A stretch of 64,000 nt of DNA from an uncultured virus (IMG/VR IMGVR_UViG_3300009187_000024) (lineage: Duplodnaviria; Heunggongvirae; Uroviricota; Caudoviricetes): the IMG/VR virus record IMGVR_UViG_3300009187_000024, one strand, 5' to 3'. The notes under the pieces are model-generated. The model was not told the DNA's origin, made no database searches, and saw nothing but the letters and a program-made list of their open reading frames with translations. The translations under genes were made by a program, and so were the position numbers. Positions 41,408 through 49,244 of this stretch are shown here, one piece after another (position 1 is the stretch's first letter; the number at the start of each line of letters is the position of its first letter).

Positions 41408-41482
41408 ATGTATTCTCCGTATGTTTTGTGTATTTGTATAATCGTATGTCTTGTGTAGGAGTTTCCTCCAACACTATTTATA
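41408..41482 (-). promoter_or_regulatory. gp32 leader: late promoter TATAAATA (41475-41482), GAAA-tetraloop hairpin and A/C-rich unstructured operator-like tract
   Basis: The minus strand reads TATAAATA GTGTTGGAG-GAAA-CTCCTACAC AAGACATACGATTATACAAATACACAAAACATAC GGAG. Confidence 0.7.
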
Positions 41483-42070
41483 CTACGCCTTTTCAACGAA
41501 AAAGTCAAGCACTATTTTGTTGACCTTTTCTTTGTCGTAATTAACGAATGGCGTGTATTTCTTGATCAGCTGACCGATCTCTTGCCAGATGACATCTTCT
41601 TTTAGCTGTTTGTTCCAATACCTATAACACCCTACAAGATCCGTTAGGATACAGGCTGTTTCGATATTGATTTCGCCACCAAGATACAAAACCAAAAGAT
41701 GACTTAACTGGCGATCTTCGATAGCAAAATTACGATCAAAAGGAAACTGTAGTTTGCTCAAATCTTTTTGTAACAGACAAGTCAAACTCTCTTTTCGTTT
41801 TAACCAATCCTGATAGGTTTTTTCTGCCCCATCGGAATATGCTATGTCGCGTATCCAAGTCTTCGGATACTTGACAAAATTAGCAAGCATGAAACCATGC
41901 GGGTCTCTATGCTTGGCAACCTTCTCGAAAAAGAATTTATCTTTGCGCTTACTGAAAGAATTTTCAGCATCTCCTCTAACCTTACCGTAGTATTTGAAAT
42001 AATCATAAGAGGAGCTGTTGAAATGTCTACGTAGAGCCATGTAGTCTTGGTATACCTCTGACGGAGTCAT
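41483..42070 (-). CDS. gp59: Helicase loader gp59
   Basis: YMALRRHF...YDYFKYYGK...KRKDKFFFEK; synteny gp33-gp59-gp32. Confidence 0.88.
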   Translation of the reverse strand: MTPSEVYQDYMALRRHFNSSSYDYFKYYGKVRGDAENSFSKRKDKFFFEKVAKHRDPHGFMLANFVKYPKTWIRDIAYSDGAEKTYQDWLKRKESLTCLLQKDLSKLQFPFDRNFAIEDRQLSHLLVLYLGGEINIETACILTDLVGCYRYWNKQLKEDVIWQEIGQLIKKYTPFVNYDKEKVNKIVLDFFVEKA

Positions 42071-42072
42071 AT

Positions 42073-42324
42073 TCAGATTGGCAGCTTTGCTGTCTTCTTA
42101 AGGATGTTGAGGTTTTCTGCTTCAATCTGAATCATAGACTTCATCATAGGATCCTTCTTGATTAGAGTTGCAGCAAACTCAACTTCGACGTTGTTGATGT
42201 CACACCAATGAACAACAGCGTCGATGTATTCCATGTTATTTTCATTACAAAGTTTTCTTACGTCTGAAGAGAATGTTAGACACTTGGCTGGGATTTCTTT
42301 ATCTGTTAATTCTAGCTCAATCAT
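42073..42324 (-). CDS. gp33: Late transcription co-activator gp33
   Basis: MEYIDAVVHWC...IEAENLNIL...KLPI. Confidence 0.85.
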   Translation of the reverse strand: MIELELTDKEIPAKCLTFSSDVRKLCNENNMEYIDAVVHWCDINNVEVEFAATLIKKDPMMKSMIQIEAENLNILKKTAKLPI

Positions 42325-42326
42325 TT

Positions 42327-42950
42327 TCAATCCCATAGAGATTCATAATACTTGGCAAACAGACGCAGACCGTTTCTCATACGCTCTTTATGTTTTTCAA
42401 GACCCTTATGGTCGATTTTAAATGTATCGTTCGGACCATTGACCAGCTTGTCATCAATGATTTTAAAATCACTCATGCCAGAATAATAAGATTCTTGCCA
42501 ATCCTCTCTGGCATGCTGCCTAAAAGCCCAGGTCATTTCACTGAGAACCCAAGCCCAACGAGCCTCTGCGTGAGCGTCCGTATGACCGCAATTCTTCTGT
42601 TCTTCAGACAATTCAGGAGCGGAGGTCGACTTGATGTTGTCGGGAACATCGTCGTCATCCACATAAGGATAACCCTGTTTGCTTTCCTGCAGCTTCTCAA
42701 GCATAGGAACCACGATCAACGCAAGAGTGTTATCCATGTTCCATACGTCGTAACCGTGAATATGAACGCAGATCTTACGCTGCCGTTTCTCGTAAATCCA
42801 CTCGCAGAATTTACGAAACCATTTGACATCGTTAAGTTTCTCGCCCAGCTTCAAAACGAAATCTGAGTGAGGATCCTTCCAAAAGAAGATCTTCTGAACG
42901 ATCTGATACGGACCAATCCAGTCTCTATACGGTCCGATGTTAATTTTCAT
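42327..42950 (-). CDS. Conserved hypothetical protein
   Basis: 207-aa ORF with DVWNMDNTLALI...GLRLFAKYYESLWD, a phage-typical family. Confidence 0.7.
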   Translation of the reverse strand: MKINIGPYRDWIGPYQIVQKIFFWKDPHSDFVLKLGEKLNDVKWFRKFCEWIYEKRQRKICVHIHGYDVWNMDNTLALIVVPMLEKLQESKQGYPYVDDDDVPDNIKSTSAPELSEEQKNCGHTDAHAEARWAWVLSEMTWAFRQHAREDWQESYYSGMSDFKIIDDKLVNGPNDTFKIDHKGLEKHKERMRNGLRLFAKYYESLWD

Positions 42951-43212
42951 TTGAATCTCCGGTCACATGAACGCGAGCCAGTTTCTGTTCGCGAGTCCAG
43001 TCAACAAGATAATCGTTCAGTTCGTCATGAACGCGGATAGCTTCTTCGTCATCGATTTCGCGAGAAGAAACAACCATTTCACCTAGATGCATCTGACCAA
43101 ACTCATCAGCCTCTTGCATATGGACACTGTCTTCCGCCCATTCTTTTTTTTCAGTATCAACCACATACACCACGCGATACTGAGACAAAGCTTCAACTAG
43201 AAACTTAGCCAT
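42940..43212 (-). CDS. Hypothetical protein
   Basis: ORF with SD AGGAG; QMHLGEMVVSSRE motif. Confidence 0.7.
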   Translation of the reverse strand: MAKFLVEALSQYRVVYVVDTEKKEWAEDSVHMQEADEFGQMHLGEMVVSSREIDDEEAIRVHDELNDYLVDWTREQKLARVHVTGDSNEN

Positions 43213-43234
43213 TACGATCTGTCTCCTTTTTCAA

Positions 43235-43411
43235 TCATTGGCGTCGTGTGACGCAGCTCATATCTAAATCTGTACCATTCAAAACTGATACAATAACTTC
43301 GACGGTTCGCATATCTTCAAGACATGCCTCGACAGAATTCGATGTCAAGCTGATGTTCATGGGGCTGCCTCCCAGCATGAATGTTATAAGAAGCACTGTA
43401 AAAAATTCCAT
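43235..43411 (-). CDS. Small hypothetical protein with a hydrophobic N-terminus
   Basis: SD AGGAG precedes the ATG at 43411; the longer start in the ORF track would overlap a tRNA. Confidence 0.6.
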   Translation of the reverse strand: MEFFTVLLITFMLGGSPMNISLTSNSVEACLEDMRTVEVIVSVLNGTDLDMSCVTRRQ

Positions 43412-43435
43412 GATTTTCTCCTTTCGCGATAAGAA

Positions 43436-43529
43436 TGGTAGTCCCACCCGGAATCGAACCGAGACCGCGCTCCAATCCAGAGCATACCCAGTGTATAAGG
43501 CTGGCGTTCTACCGTTAAACTATGGGACC
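43436..43529 (-). tRNA. tRNA-Ile(UAU) with a long variable arm, CCA encoded
   Basis: Acceptor GGTCCCA/TGGGACT, anticodon arm CCAGC-CT TAT AC-ACTGG, variable stem GCTCT/GGAGC, T arm CTCGG-TTCGATT-CCGGG, ends ACCA. Confidence 0.85.
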
Positions 43530-43543
43530 AAACTAAAAATCAA

Positions 43544-43672
43544 TTGTGGCAGGTGAGGTATCTCCATGCGATCCACAGAACCGATGGTTCCCATTCTCCT
43601 TTTACGGATGATCAGTCCGCTCTACTGTTCTCGAGACTTGCGTAGCCATACAGTAGACTTTACTTACCACAA
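43544..43672 (-). ncRNA. Unidentified structured small RNA between tRNAs
   Basis: Terminal stem TTGTGGTAAGT/ACCTGCCACAA encloses three hairpins; no plausible same-strand ORF. Confidence 0.6.
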
Positions 43673-43677
43673 ACTTT

Positions 43678-43750
43678 TGGACCTGGTAGGACTTGAACCC
43701 ACAACCAAACCGTTATGAGCGGTCCGCTCTAACCATTGAGCTACAGGTCC
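43678..43750 (-). tRNA. tRNA with CAU anticodon, most likely Ile2 (lysidine); CCA not encoded
   Basis: GGACCTG/CAGGTCC acceptor with C4-G69 and C5-G68 (TilS determinants); anticodon arm GACCG-CT CAT AA-CGGTT. Confidence 0.88.
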
Positions 43751-44058
43751 TCAATCGAAAGCGCCTTCCGCAGTTCTTCGTAATAGCTTTTCGTATTTTC
43801 TAAATCTAACGAACTGAAAAAGAACAACACTGCACCTAGGAAAAAGAGACTGAATGACGCAGCTAAGCCAAACACAAAATAACTCGCAGCTGCTACGATC
43901 AATATCGCGTAAATATGCAGTTTCAAATCTCCGATGAAGTTTTCGTAGTCTTCATTTTGCTTAATCGTTACAGCTATAACAGCTGCAGCAAAAGACTTAG
44001 CGAAGAAATACAAAAAAACGTTAACGAAAACAATCAGCAAGACCGAAAGCATTATCAT
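43741..44058 (-). CDS. Hypothetical membrane protein inside the tRNA cluster
   Basis: About three hydrophobic segments; SD GGAG; its stop codon lies within the 5' end of the CAU tRNA. Confidence 0.6.
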   Translation of the reverse strand: MIMLSVLLIVFVNVFLYFFAKSFAAAVIAVTIKQNEDYENFIGDLKLHIYAILIVAAASYFVFGLAASFSLFFLGAVLFFFSSLDLENTKSYYEELRKALSIEDL

Positions 44059-44069
44059 CTCCGAAAAAA

Positions 44070-44145
44070 TGGCGGACCTGGAGGGAATCGAACCCCCATC
44101 GTACAGCTTAGAAGGCTGATGCCTTATCCGTTAGACCACAGATCC
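44070..44145 (-). tRNA. tRNA-Arg(UCU), CCA encoded
   Basis: GGATCTG/CAGGTCC acceptor, anticodon loop CT TCT AA, T loop TTCGATT, ends GCCA. Confidence 0.92.
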
Positions 44146-44152
44146 ATAAGTA

Positions 44153-44181
44153 ATTATACCCTACTTCCGGGTAAAAGTCAA
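44153..44181 (-). promoter_or_regulatory. Sigma70 promoter for the tRNA operon
   Basis: TTGACT-17 bp-TATAAT immediately upstream of tRNA-Arg. Confidence 0.85.
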
Positions 44182-44438
44182 TCGTTAATTTGGAACACCG
44201 AGAACCGAACACCTGGGTTTGATTCTGGCTTATACACACTGGCGTAAGACTCTTTACCACCACCGAGGCTGGGTAGAGTTACAACATAGCACTTTTCGAT
44301 AGCTCTCCAGGGTGTCATTACGTTCTTGTAATAACCGTAGCAAGGTTCTAGTCCATCTCGGTCACCGTTCTTGTTCTTACGGTAGTCAGGGACTCGGACT
44401 CGATGTCCATCGATAATCGTGAAATCGTAGCTTGTCAT
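44178..44438 (-). CDS. Hypothetical protein
   Basis: 86-aa ORF tightly packed in the operon. Confidence 0.5.
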   Translation of the reverse strand: MTSYDFTIIDGHRVRVPDYRKNKNGDRDGLEPCYGYYKNVMTPWRAIEKCYVVTLPSLGGGKESYASVYKPESNPGVRFSVFQIND

Positions 44439-44439
44439 T

Positions 44440-44447
44440 TATTTATA
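44440..44447 (-). promoter_or_regulatory. Possible late promoter TATAAATA (could drive late tRNA transcription)
   Basis: Exact consensus, oriented toward the tRNA cluster. Confidence 0.45.
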
Positions 44448-45579
44448 CCTTCAACAGAATGGTGTTTTCGTTAACTCGATGCTGTAGCACGCAGGTCTTG
44501 AGCGAGGCTATCATCTTACCGAAAGCTCTTTTACCACCACGCAGAGCGATTTCAATATGCTCCTCAGTCTTGCGACCGATGCGATAGGTTTTGCTCTTTT
44601 CCTCATCGTAATTCAGGATCGTAGCACCCTTGACGTCTAGACCCGACTTCCCTACGGCTACGAAGTGCGTAAGCGTCTTGTATCGGGTATTGAACGTAAC
44701 GAGCTCCTCAGCACCCAGAACCTTTTCTGGGTTGATAGAAACCACCTTGAAATCCTTGCTCTCTTGCTGAAACTTAAAACCCTTCAGCTTCTTATCCGGA
44801 GTGATAACCTTCTTCTTACGGATCGCAGGCTTTTTGTTGGAAGAATGCCGATCGCAATCAGCCAGGATACTGGCATAGAACGCTGCGCGCTGCTTCAGCT
44901 GCGCTGAGGTGAAGTTTGCGTAGCCTTCTTTCAGCCCAGAGTCAGCATTACGACTGATCAACAGCGCAGCCTCCTCAGCGATCGGACGAAAGAATTCTGC
45001 AACGATCTTAGCCTGGTTGGCAGGAATCTGTTTCTGCTGTAACCAATCGTACATAGACAGAGTCCAGCCATTCTTGTCAATGGCTTCGTCGAACTCGCCG
45101 ATAAACTCCGAAACCTTATCCTTGATACGGTCCTGGATATTTACCTTCGGTAGCTCGGGCTTCTTGTCTTCATCAGTCGTCTCAGTCTTAGCGCCTGCCT
45201 TAGTGAACATCTCCTTGATACGCAACTCGAGCTTCGCCATGTAGATATCGTTGAGGATACCACCACGCGTCAGAATACGCGCGAGCCAACCAGCCTGTAG
45301 GTTTACCCAGGTCTCGGGAACACGCTTCAGGGTCTTGATATCGTCATTGCGCTTATTAGCCTTGAGATACGCCTCGACGTATTCACGCGCATCCACGCGC
45401 GAGCACATGTAGTTATACCAGTTAAACACTCGAGTCAGATTGATATCGTTGACGATCTTACCCTTGACATCTGGCTCATCTCCCATATATTTTAGATCAG
45501 CGATGCGCTGCACCGTCTTACCGGCACGAACCTTTTTAGGTTTTGACGATTTGAGTTTAGCAACAGCCATACGATTCAA
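44443..45579 (-). CDS. Conserved hypothetical T4-like protein (basic)
   Basis: 378-aa ORF with FNWYNY, INPEKVLGAEEL.TFNTRYK and RVNENTILLKV motifs. Confidence 0.75.
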   Translation of the reverse strand: MNRMAVAKLKSSKPKKVRAGKTVQRIADLKYMGDEPDVKGKIVNDINLTRVFNWYNYMCSRVDAREYVEAYLKANKRNDDIKTLKRVPETWVNLQAGWLARILTRGGILNDIYMAKLELRIKEMFTKAGAKTETTDEDKKPELPKVNIQDRIKDKVSEFIGEFDEAIDKNGWTLSMYDWLQQKQIPANQAKIVAEFFRPIAEEAALLISRNADSGLKEGYANFTSAQLKQRAAFYASILADCDRHSSNKKPAIRKKKVITPDKKLKGFKFQQESKDFKVVSINPEKVLGAEELVTFNTRYKTLTHFVAVGKSGLDVKGATILNYDEEKSKTYRIGRKTEEHIEIALRGGKRAFGKMIASLKTCVLQHRVNENTILLKV

Positions 45580-45611
45580 TCCTTCTCGAGCGTTTCACAA
45601 ACTTATAACGT

Positions 45612-45640
45612 ATTATAACCCTATTTTGAAAAAAAGTCAA
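45612..45640 (-). promoter_or_regulatory. Sigma70 early promoter
   Basis: TTGACT-17 bp-TATAAT. Confidence 0.85.
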
Positions 45641-45650
45641 GAGTTATTTT

Positions 45651-46073
45651 TCAACGGCGATTCAAAACCCTATGCTCTTCTCGCTTCTGCGCGTTTTGTT
45701 TAACTGTCACCCATTCTAGATTCGAAGGATGATAGTTCTCAACAACGTGATCAATATGATTGACTTGGTATCCTCCTCGAAGCAAAGCTTTGACTGAATC
45801 AGGCGTCTGTTTCCATTCCGACTTGGTCACTCCAATTGGAACTGGAAACTTATGCCATGTTTCGCAAACAACTCTATGAGCCATTTTTGTGTGGCTCTTA
45901 CCATTTATGTTAAGAGCAACTTTTGGGTATGGACAGTTACCAGAGGCTTTAACTACGAGTTTACGTAAATAATCACCTCGCTTAGTGCTCCAAATATCTC
46001 CGTTCCGACAAACGAAATAATCCGGAATAACTTGTCCATCAACAATCACAGGCTTCATTGTATTGGTTGTCAT
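45651..46073 (-). CDS. HNH homing endonuclease (NUMOD4/HNH_3-like)
   Basis: YFVCRNGDIWS, AHRVVCETW, QVNHIDH..ENYHPSNLEWVT..QN. Confidence 0.8.
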   Translation of the reverse strand: MTTNTMKPVIVDGQVIPDYFVCRNGDIWSTKRGDYLRKLVVKASGNCPYPKVALNINGKSHTKMAHRVVCETWHKFPVPIGVTKSEWKQTPDSVKALLRGGYQVNHIDHVVENYHPSNLEWVTVKQNAQKREEHRVLNRR

Positions 46074-46155
46074 TTTCGTTTCTTTCATTTCAAAGGTGTT
46101 GGCATCGGACTGATGGGTGAAGAATTTTCGTTCTTCACCCAAGGTAATCACTGGC

Positions 46156-47112
46156 TCAAGTGGCTTCCGCCATCTCGAGCGCAGTCTCAAGAGCCTTGGT
46201 CTTCAGGTTCTTGTTGTAACCATACCAAGCCGAAGCCAGGCGAGTGTCAGCAGTACGACCTGCCAGGTGGTCCGTAAGGTAAGTCACGGTGTTGAATGCC
46301 TGCCACCAGGATCCACGAGCGAACTCGGCACCAGGCTGCGTATCAAGCACGCCGAGAGCAACGTTGGCGTTCTTGCTGATCTCCTTCTTGGCGTTATCGC
46401 CACCAGCAACCGGGAAGATGCGCTTGAAGTAGTCAACTACGTTCTCGTTGGTGTAACGCTTCGAACCCAGGAACTGAGCCATTTCCTTGTACTTCGCCAG
46501 CTTCTCAGCCGCGATGCCCAGCATCAGCTTGACGTTGTCACCATCAAACTCGCGACGGTGGGAGATCTTCACCATACGCTCCACCTTGGTATTCAGCGAC
46601 AGCGTAAGAGTGTTATTGCAGACGACACGGATCGGAGTGAACCGAACGTCAGTGCTGTAACCATACTGGTGGAAGTTCGTGAAGTGCAGGTAGGACTCAA
46701 CGCTATCGCCACCGAACAACGAGAAGCCATCCTTCAGCTTTGCCAGAGCCCAGACGATCTGACCACCGCGCAGGCTGCCAGCAGTATGCATCTCCATATC
46801 GCCCTCGGCGATGAAGTCATTGAAGAACTCGAAAGCCTCGGAGTTCTGCACCGGATTCCAGTCGTTGGAGACCACACCAAGGATCTTGTTATCGGTCTTA
46901 CGAACAAGAGCCGAGCGATCCACGGAGACGTTCTTGCCACCAACCTTGGCGAAAGCTTCAATCTTTTCCACTTCCCAATTCAGACCAGCAGCCTCGAGCA
47001 TCTGCTCGGGAGTCAGGTCGTCAGGGACGCGAGTGCCCAGACCGTGCCAGGGAAGATCCCCAGCGTAAGCCATTTGAGCCTTACCGTTAACGAATTCAAT
47101 TTCATGAGCCAC
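46156..47112 (-). CDS. DUF932 family (TIGR03299-like phage/plasmid) protein
   Basis: PWHGLG, AGLNWEV, TAGSLRGG, FTPIRVVCNNTL, WQAFNTVT; GTG start. Confidence 0.88.
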   Translation of the reverse strand: MAHEIEFVNGKAQMAYAGDLPWHGLGTRVPDDLTPEQMLEAAGLNWEVEKIEAFAKVGGKNVSVDRSALVRKTDNKILGVVSNDWNPVQNSEAFEFFNDFIAEGDMEMHTAGSLRGGQIVWALAKLKDGFSLFGGDSVESYLHFTNFHQYGYSTDVRFTPIRVVCNNTLTLSLNTKVERMVKISHRREFDGDNVKLMLGIAAEKLAKYKEMAQFLGSKRYTNENVVDYFKRIFPVAGGDNAKKEISKNANVALGVLDTQPGAEFARGSWWQAFNTVTYLTDHLAGRTADTRLASAWYGYNKNLKTKALETALEMAEAT

Positions 47113-47189
47113 TGTTCAGGTTTCCTTTTCTGTTTCAACCTTATAAAAGCATCTTAGCCTAGTTTCTGAAATAAGTCAAGCACTTTTTT
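47113..47189 (-). repeat. 77-bp promoter+RBS cassette, copy 1 (TTGACT-17-TAAGAT)
   Basis: Identical to 48922-48998. Confidence 0.92.
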
Positions 47190-47196
47190 AGAAAAA

Positions 47197-47532
47197 TTAC
47201 GTGGCAGCCGCAGCTTTCTCGCGAGCAGCCTGATCCAGCTGTTTCCAGTATTTTGCGATGCGCATCGTACCACGAGAATCAACCTTGAGACAACGCTCCA
47301 CCTGCCAGGGCTGCAGCGTCTTATGCTTCAAGAACGTCTTAGCGGTAAGAGAACCGCACTTCGCGTCCGAGCCAGTGAACCCGATAGAATTCTCGGTGTT
47401 CGTCGAGTTCGTCTGGCGCTCGGACTCCGTCTGGCGCTTGAACAGGACCAGGCAGGCTCGCCCAACGATCTGGGCTTGCTTCTCGGGGTTGGCTGCCTGG
47501 ATCATCTTAGTGAGGCTATCTTTGGTGACCAT
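47197..47532 (-). CDS. Hypothetical early protein
   Basis: Has its own promoter and SD; RQTESE...NSIGFTGSDA...KYWKQL. Confidence 0.75.
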   Translation of the reverse strand: MVTKDSLTKMIQAANPEKQAQIVGRACLVLFKRQTESERQTNSTNTENSIGFTGSDAKCGSLTAKTFLKHKTLQPWQVERCLKVDSRGTMRIAKYWKQLDQAAREKAAAAT

Positions 47533-47566
47533 ATCTTTATCTCCTTTGTTTCAACCTTATAAACTC

Positions 47567-47595
47567 ATATTAGCCCATTTTTGAAAAAAAGTCAA
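47567..47595 (-). promoter_or_regulatory. Sigma70 early promoter
   Basis: TTGACT-17 bp-TAATAT followed by TTTATAAGGTTGAAACA, a leader shared with the 77-bp cassette. Confidence 0.8.
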
Positions 47596-47623
47596 GGAGT
47601 TTTTTTGTTAAAAAAGATTAATC

Positions 47624-47863
47624 TTACCGACCGATGTCGAAATAGGACTCGGACTTGCTGCCGGCATACATCTCTAGGATGGCACGAGCCACCATGATAG
47701 CCTGCTCCTTACTCATAAGAATACTCTGCTCAACCTCGCCTTTTGACGAGACATCGCGAATCTCAACGCAGCACAAACCATCGCGGTCCGGACCAACGTG
47801 AAAATGATTTCCTGTGTCCGAGTCATGGATCTGAGTGACTCGCTCGATATAGAACTGCTTCAT
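47624..47863 (-). CDS. Hypothetical protein
   Basis: ORF in an early operon with an SD sequence. Confidence 0.6.
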   Translation of the reverse strand: MKQFYIERVTQIHDSDTGNHFHVGPDRDGLCCVEIRDVSSKGEVEQSILMSKEQAIMVARAILEMYAGSKSESYFDIGR

Positions 47864-47877
47864 CTTATCTTCCTTTT

Positions 47878-48297
47878 TCAAATTGAACCGCCATCGAACC
47901 GCGCCAGAATCAAATCCAGCTTGGCATCTAACTTACGAAGAAGCTCAAGAGTTTCGCTATCTTCTTCCTTCTGGTCTTCTGCAGCCAATTCCGGGAAAGA
48001 CTCGTTGAAGAGATTTTCTTTCTCTTTCTGAGTCATAAGTTCCCAGCAATAAACGAACAGATCGCCATCTTGATAAAGCTGCCAGCGAAAACCCTTTGAG
48101 TCAACGTAACATGCGTTGTCTAGGATGTTCTGCCAGGTTTCCCAGTATCCGCAGCTTCCAGGACCTCGTAAAAGAATCTTTACATCTTCTGGATCATAAC
48201 CTTCCCAGGAATTACTGCCTTCCAAGCTTGTTTGTGCAAACGTCTGAGGAATATAAACGCCGTGCCTATCGCTCAGAATAATATCAACACCAGACAT
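47878..48297 (-). CDS. Hypothetical protein, paralog of 48311-48631
   Basis: GVYIPQ.FA...GP...YWE.W.N...NACY.D..G..W.L.Q.GDLF.YC.ELMT. Confidence 0.75.
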   Translation of the reverse strand: MSGVDIILSDRHGVYIPQTFAQTSLEGSNSWEGYDPEDVKILLRGPGSCGYWETWQNILDNACYVDSKGFRWQLYQDGDLFVYCWELMTQKEKENLFNESFPELAAEDQKEEDSETLELLRKLDAKLDLILARFDGGSI

Positions 48298-48310
48298 ATT
48301 TCGTTTCCTT

Positions 48311-48631
48311 TCAATCGTTTTCGCGTTCAATACCGAAGAAATTACAATATTCTTCGTCGGTCATAAGTTCGAGGCAGTAAGAGAACAAGTCACCTTCCTG
48401 CCACAAACGCCAGACATTACCGTTCTTATCGATGTAACAAGCGTTAGATACGACATTCTCCCAGGCTTCCCAGTAGAACTCGTTTTCAGTATAATCAGGA
48501 CCAGAAAGAAGGCAGTCACGATCGTGATCGGACACACCCCATTGATCCATATGATAGCTCTCAGCGAAGTTTTGAGGAATATATACTCCTCGCGAGCCGC
48601 TTATCAGGATTTCAAATCCACTCATTTTCAT
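48311..48631 (-). CDS. Hypothetical protein, paralog of 47878-48297
   Basis: Same motif series as 47878-48297. Confidence 0.75.
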   Translation of the reverse strand: MKMSGFEILISGSRGVYIPQNFAESYHMDQWGVSDHDRDCLLSGPDYTENEFYWEAWENVVSNACYIDKNGNVWRLWQEGDLFSYCLELMTDEEYCNFFGIEREND

Positions 48632-48658
48632 ACCCTTTCAATCATCATCACATTACTG

Positions 48659-48686
48659 ATTATACCGGGATTGGTAAAAAAGTCAA
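48659..48686 (-). promoter_or_regulatory. Sigma70 early promoter
   Basis: TTGACT-16 bp-TATAAT. Confidence 0.75.
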
Positions 48687-48694
48687 GGACTATT

Positions 48695-48922
48695 TCAGTC
48701 CTCGACAGAAAGATCGAGTTCCTCGTCGGCGACGTAGCCTTCAGAGAGGGCACCGAGCAAATGCCGCTGAACGGCAAAGTACTGGAATTCCTGCACGACT
48801 CCTCCCCAACACACCGACACCACGTAAGCGCGAGCCATCACCCGAGCCTCAGCCAGATCGCGAGCTACACCCACCACGGAGCGCTCGTAGGAATCACCGA
48901 AATCCACAACCAAAAGTTCCAT
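48695..48922 (-). CDS. Hypothetical early protein
   Basis: The ATG directly abuts cassette copy 2. Confidence 0.65.
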   Translation of the reverse strand: MELLVVDFGDSYERSVVGVARDLAEARVMARAYVVSVCWGGVVQEFQYFAVQRHLLGALSEGYVADEELDLSVED

Positions 48923-48998
48923 GTTCAGGTTTCCTTTTCTGTTTCAACCTTATAAAAGCATCTTAGCCTAGTTTCTGAAATAAGTCAAGCACTTTTTT
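48922..48998 (-). repeat. 77-bp promoter+RBS cassette, copy 2
   Basis: Identical to 47113-47189. Confidence 0.92.
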
Positions 48999-49031
48999 CA
49001 GAAAAATCAAAAAACTTCCGGATCAGCAGCT

Positions 49032-49238
49032 TCAGCCTTTGAGCTCAGGGTAGAGGCGATCCATAAGACCGCTATTCACCATATCGCGCAGACGTTCAGC
49101 CACCAGACTGACGATACCACCCTCGCGTGCAGGGGAATGGGCTAGGACCCGGAGCAGGAGTGACCGTTCCTTGGGAGTCATCATAGCCAGGGTGTCGCGT
49201 TCATATTGGGTCATCGGATTTCTTTCTTTCATCATCAT
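49032..49238 (-). CDS. Hypothetical early protein
   Basis: Downstream of a promoter, with an ATGATGATGAAAG leader. Confidence 0.6.
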   Translation of the reverse strand: MMMKERNPMTQYERDTLAMMTPKERSLLLRVLAHSPAREGGIVSLVAERLRDMVNSGLMDRLYPELKG

Positions 49239-49244
49239 ATTATC

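Noticed and set aside
43465..43490. Intron in tRNA-Ile(UAU)
   Set aside because: The extra bases form a short stem at the variable-arm position and are far too short for a group I or II intron.
43604..43620. Hammerhead ribozyme core in the inter-tRNA RNA
   Set aside because: The motif is CUGAUCA rather than CUGANGA, it is closed as a hairpin loop, and no properly placed GAAA is present.
46117..47157. 346-aa plus-strand ORF
   Set aside because: It is the antisense shadow of the well-supported DUF932 gene, explained by its codon bias, and has no recognisable motifs.
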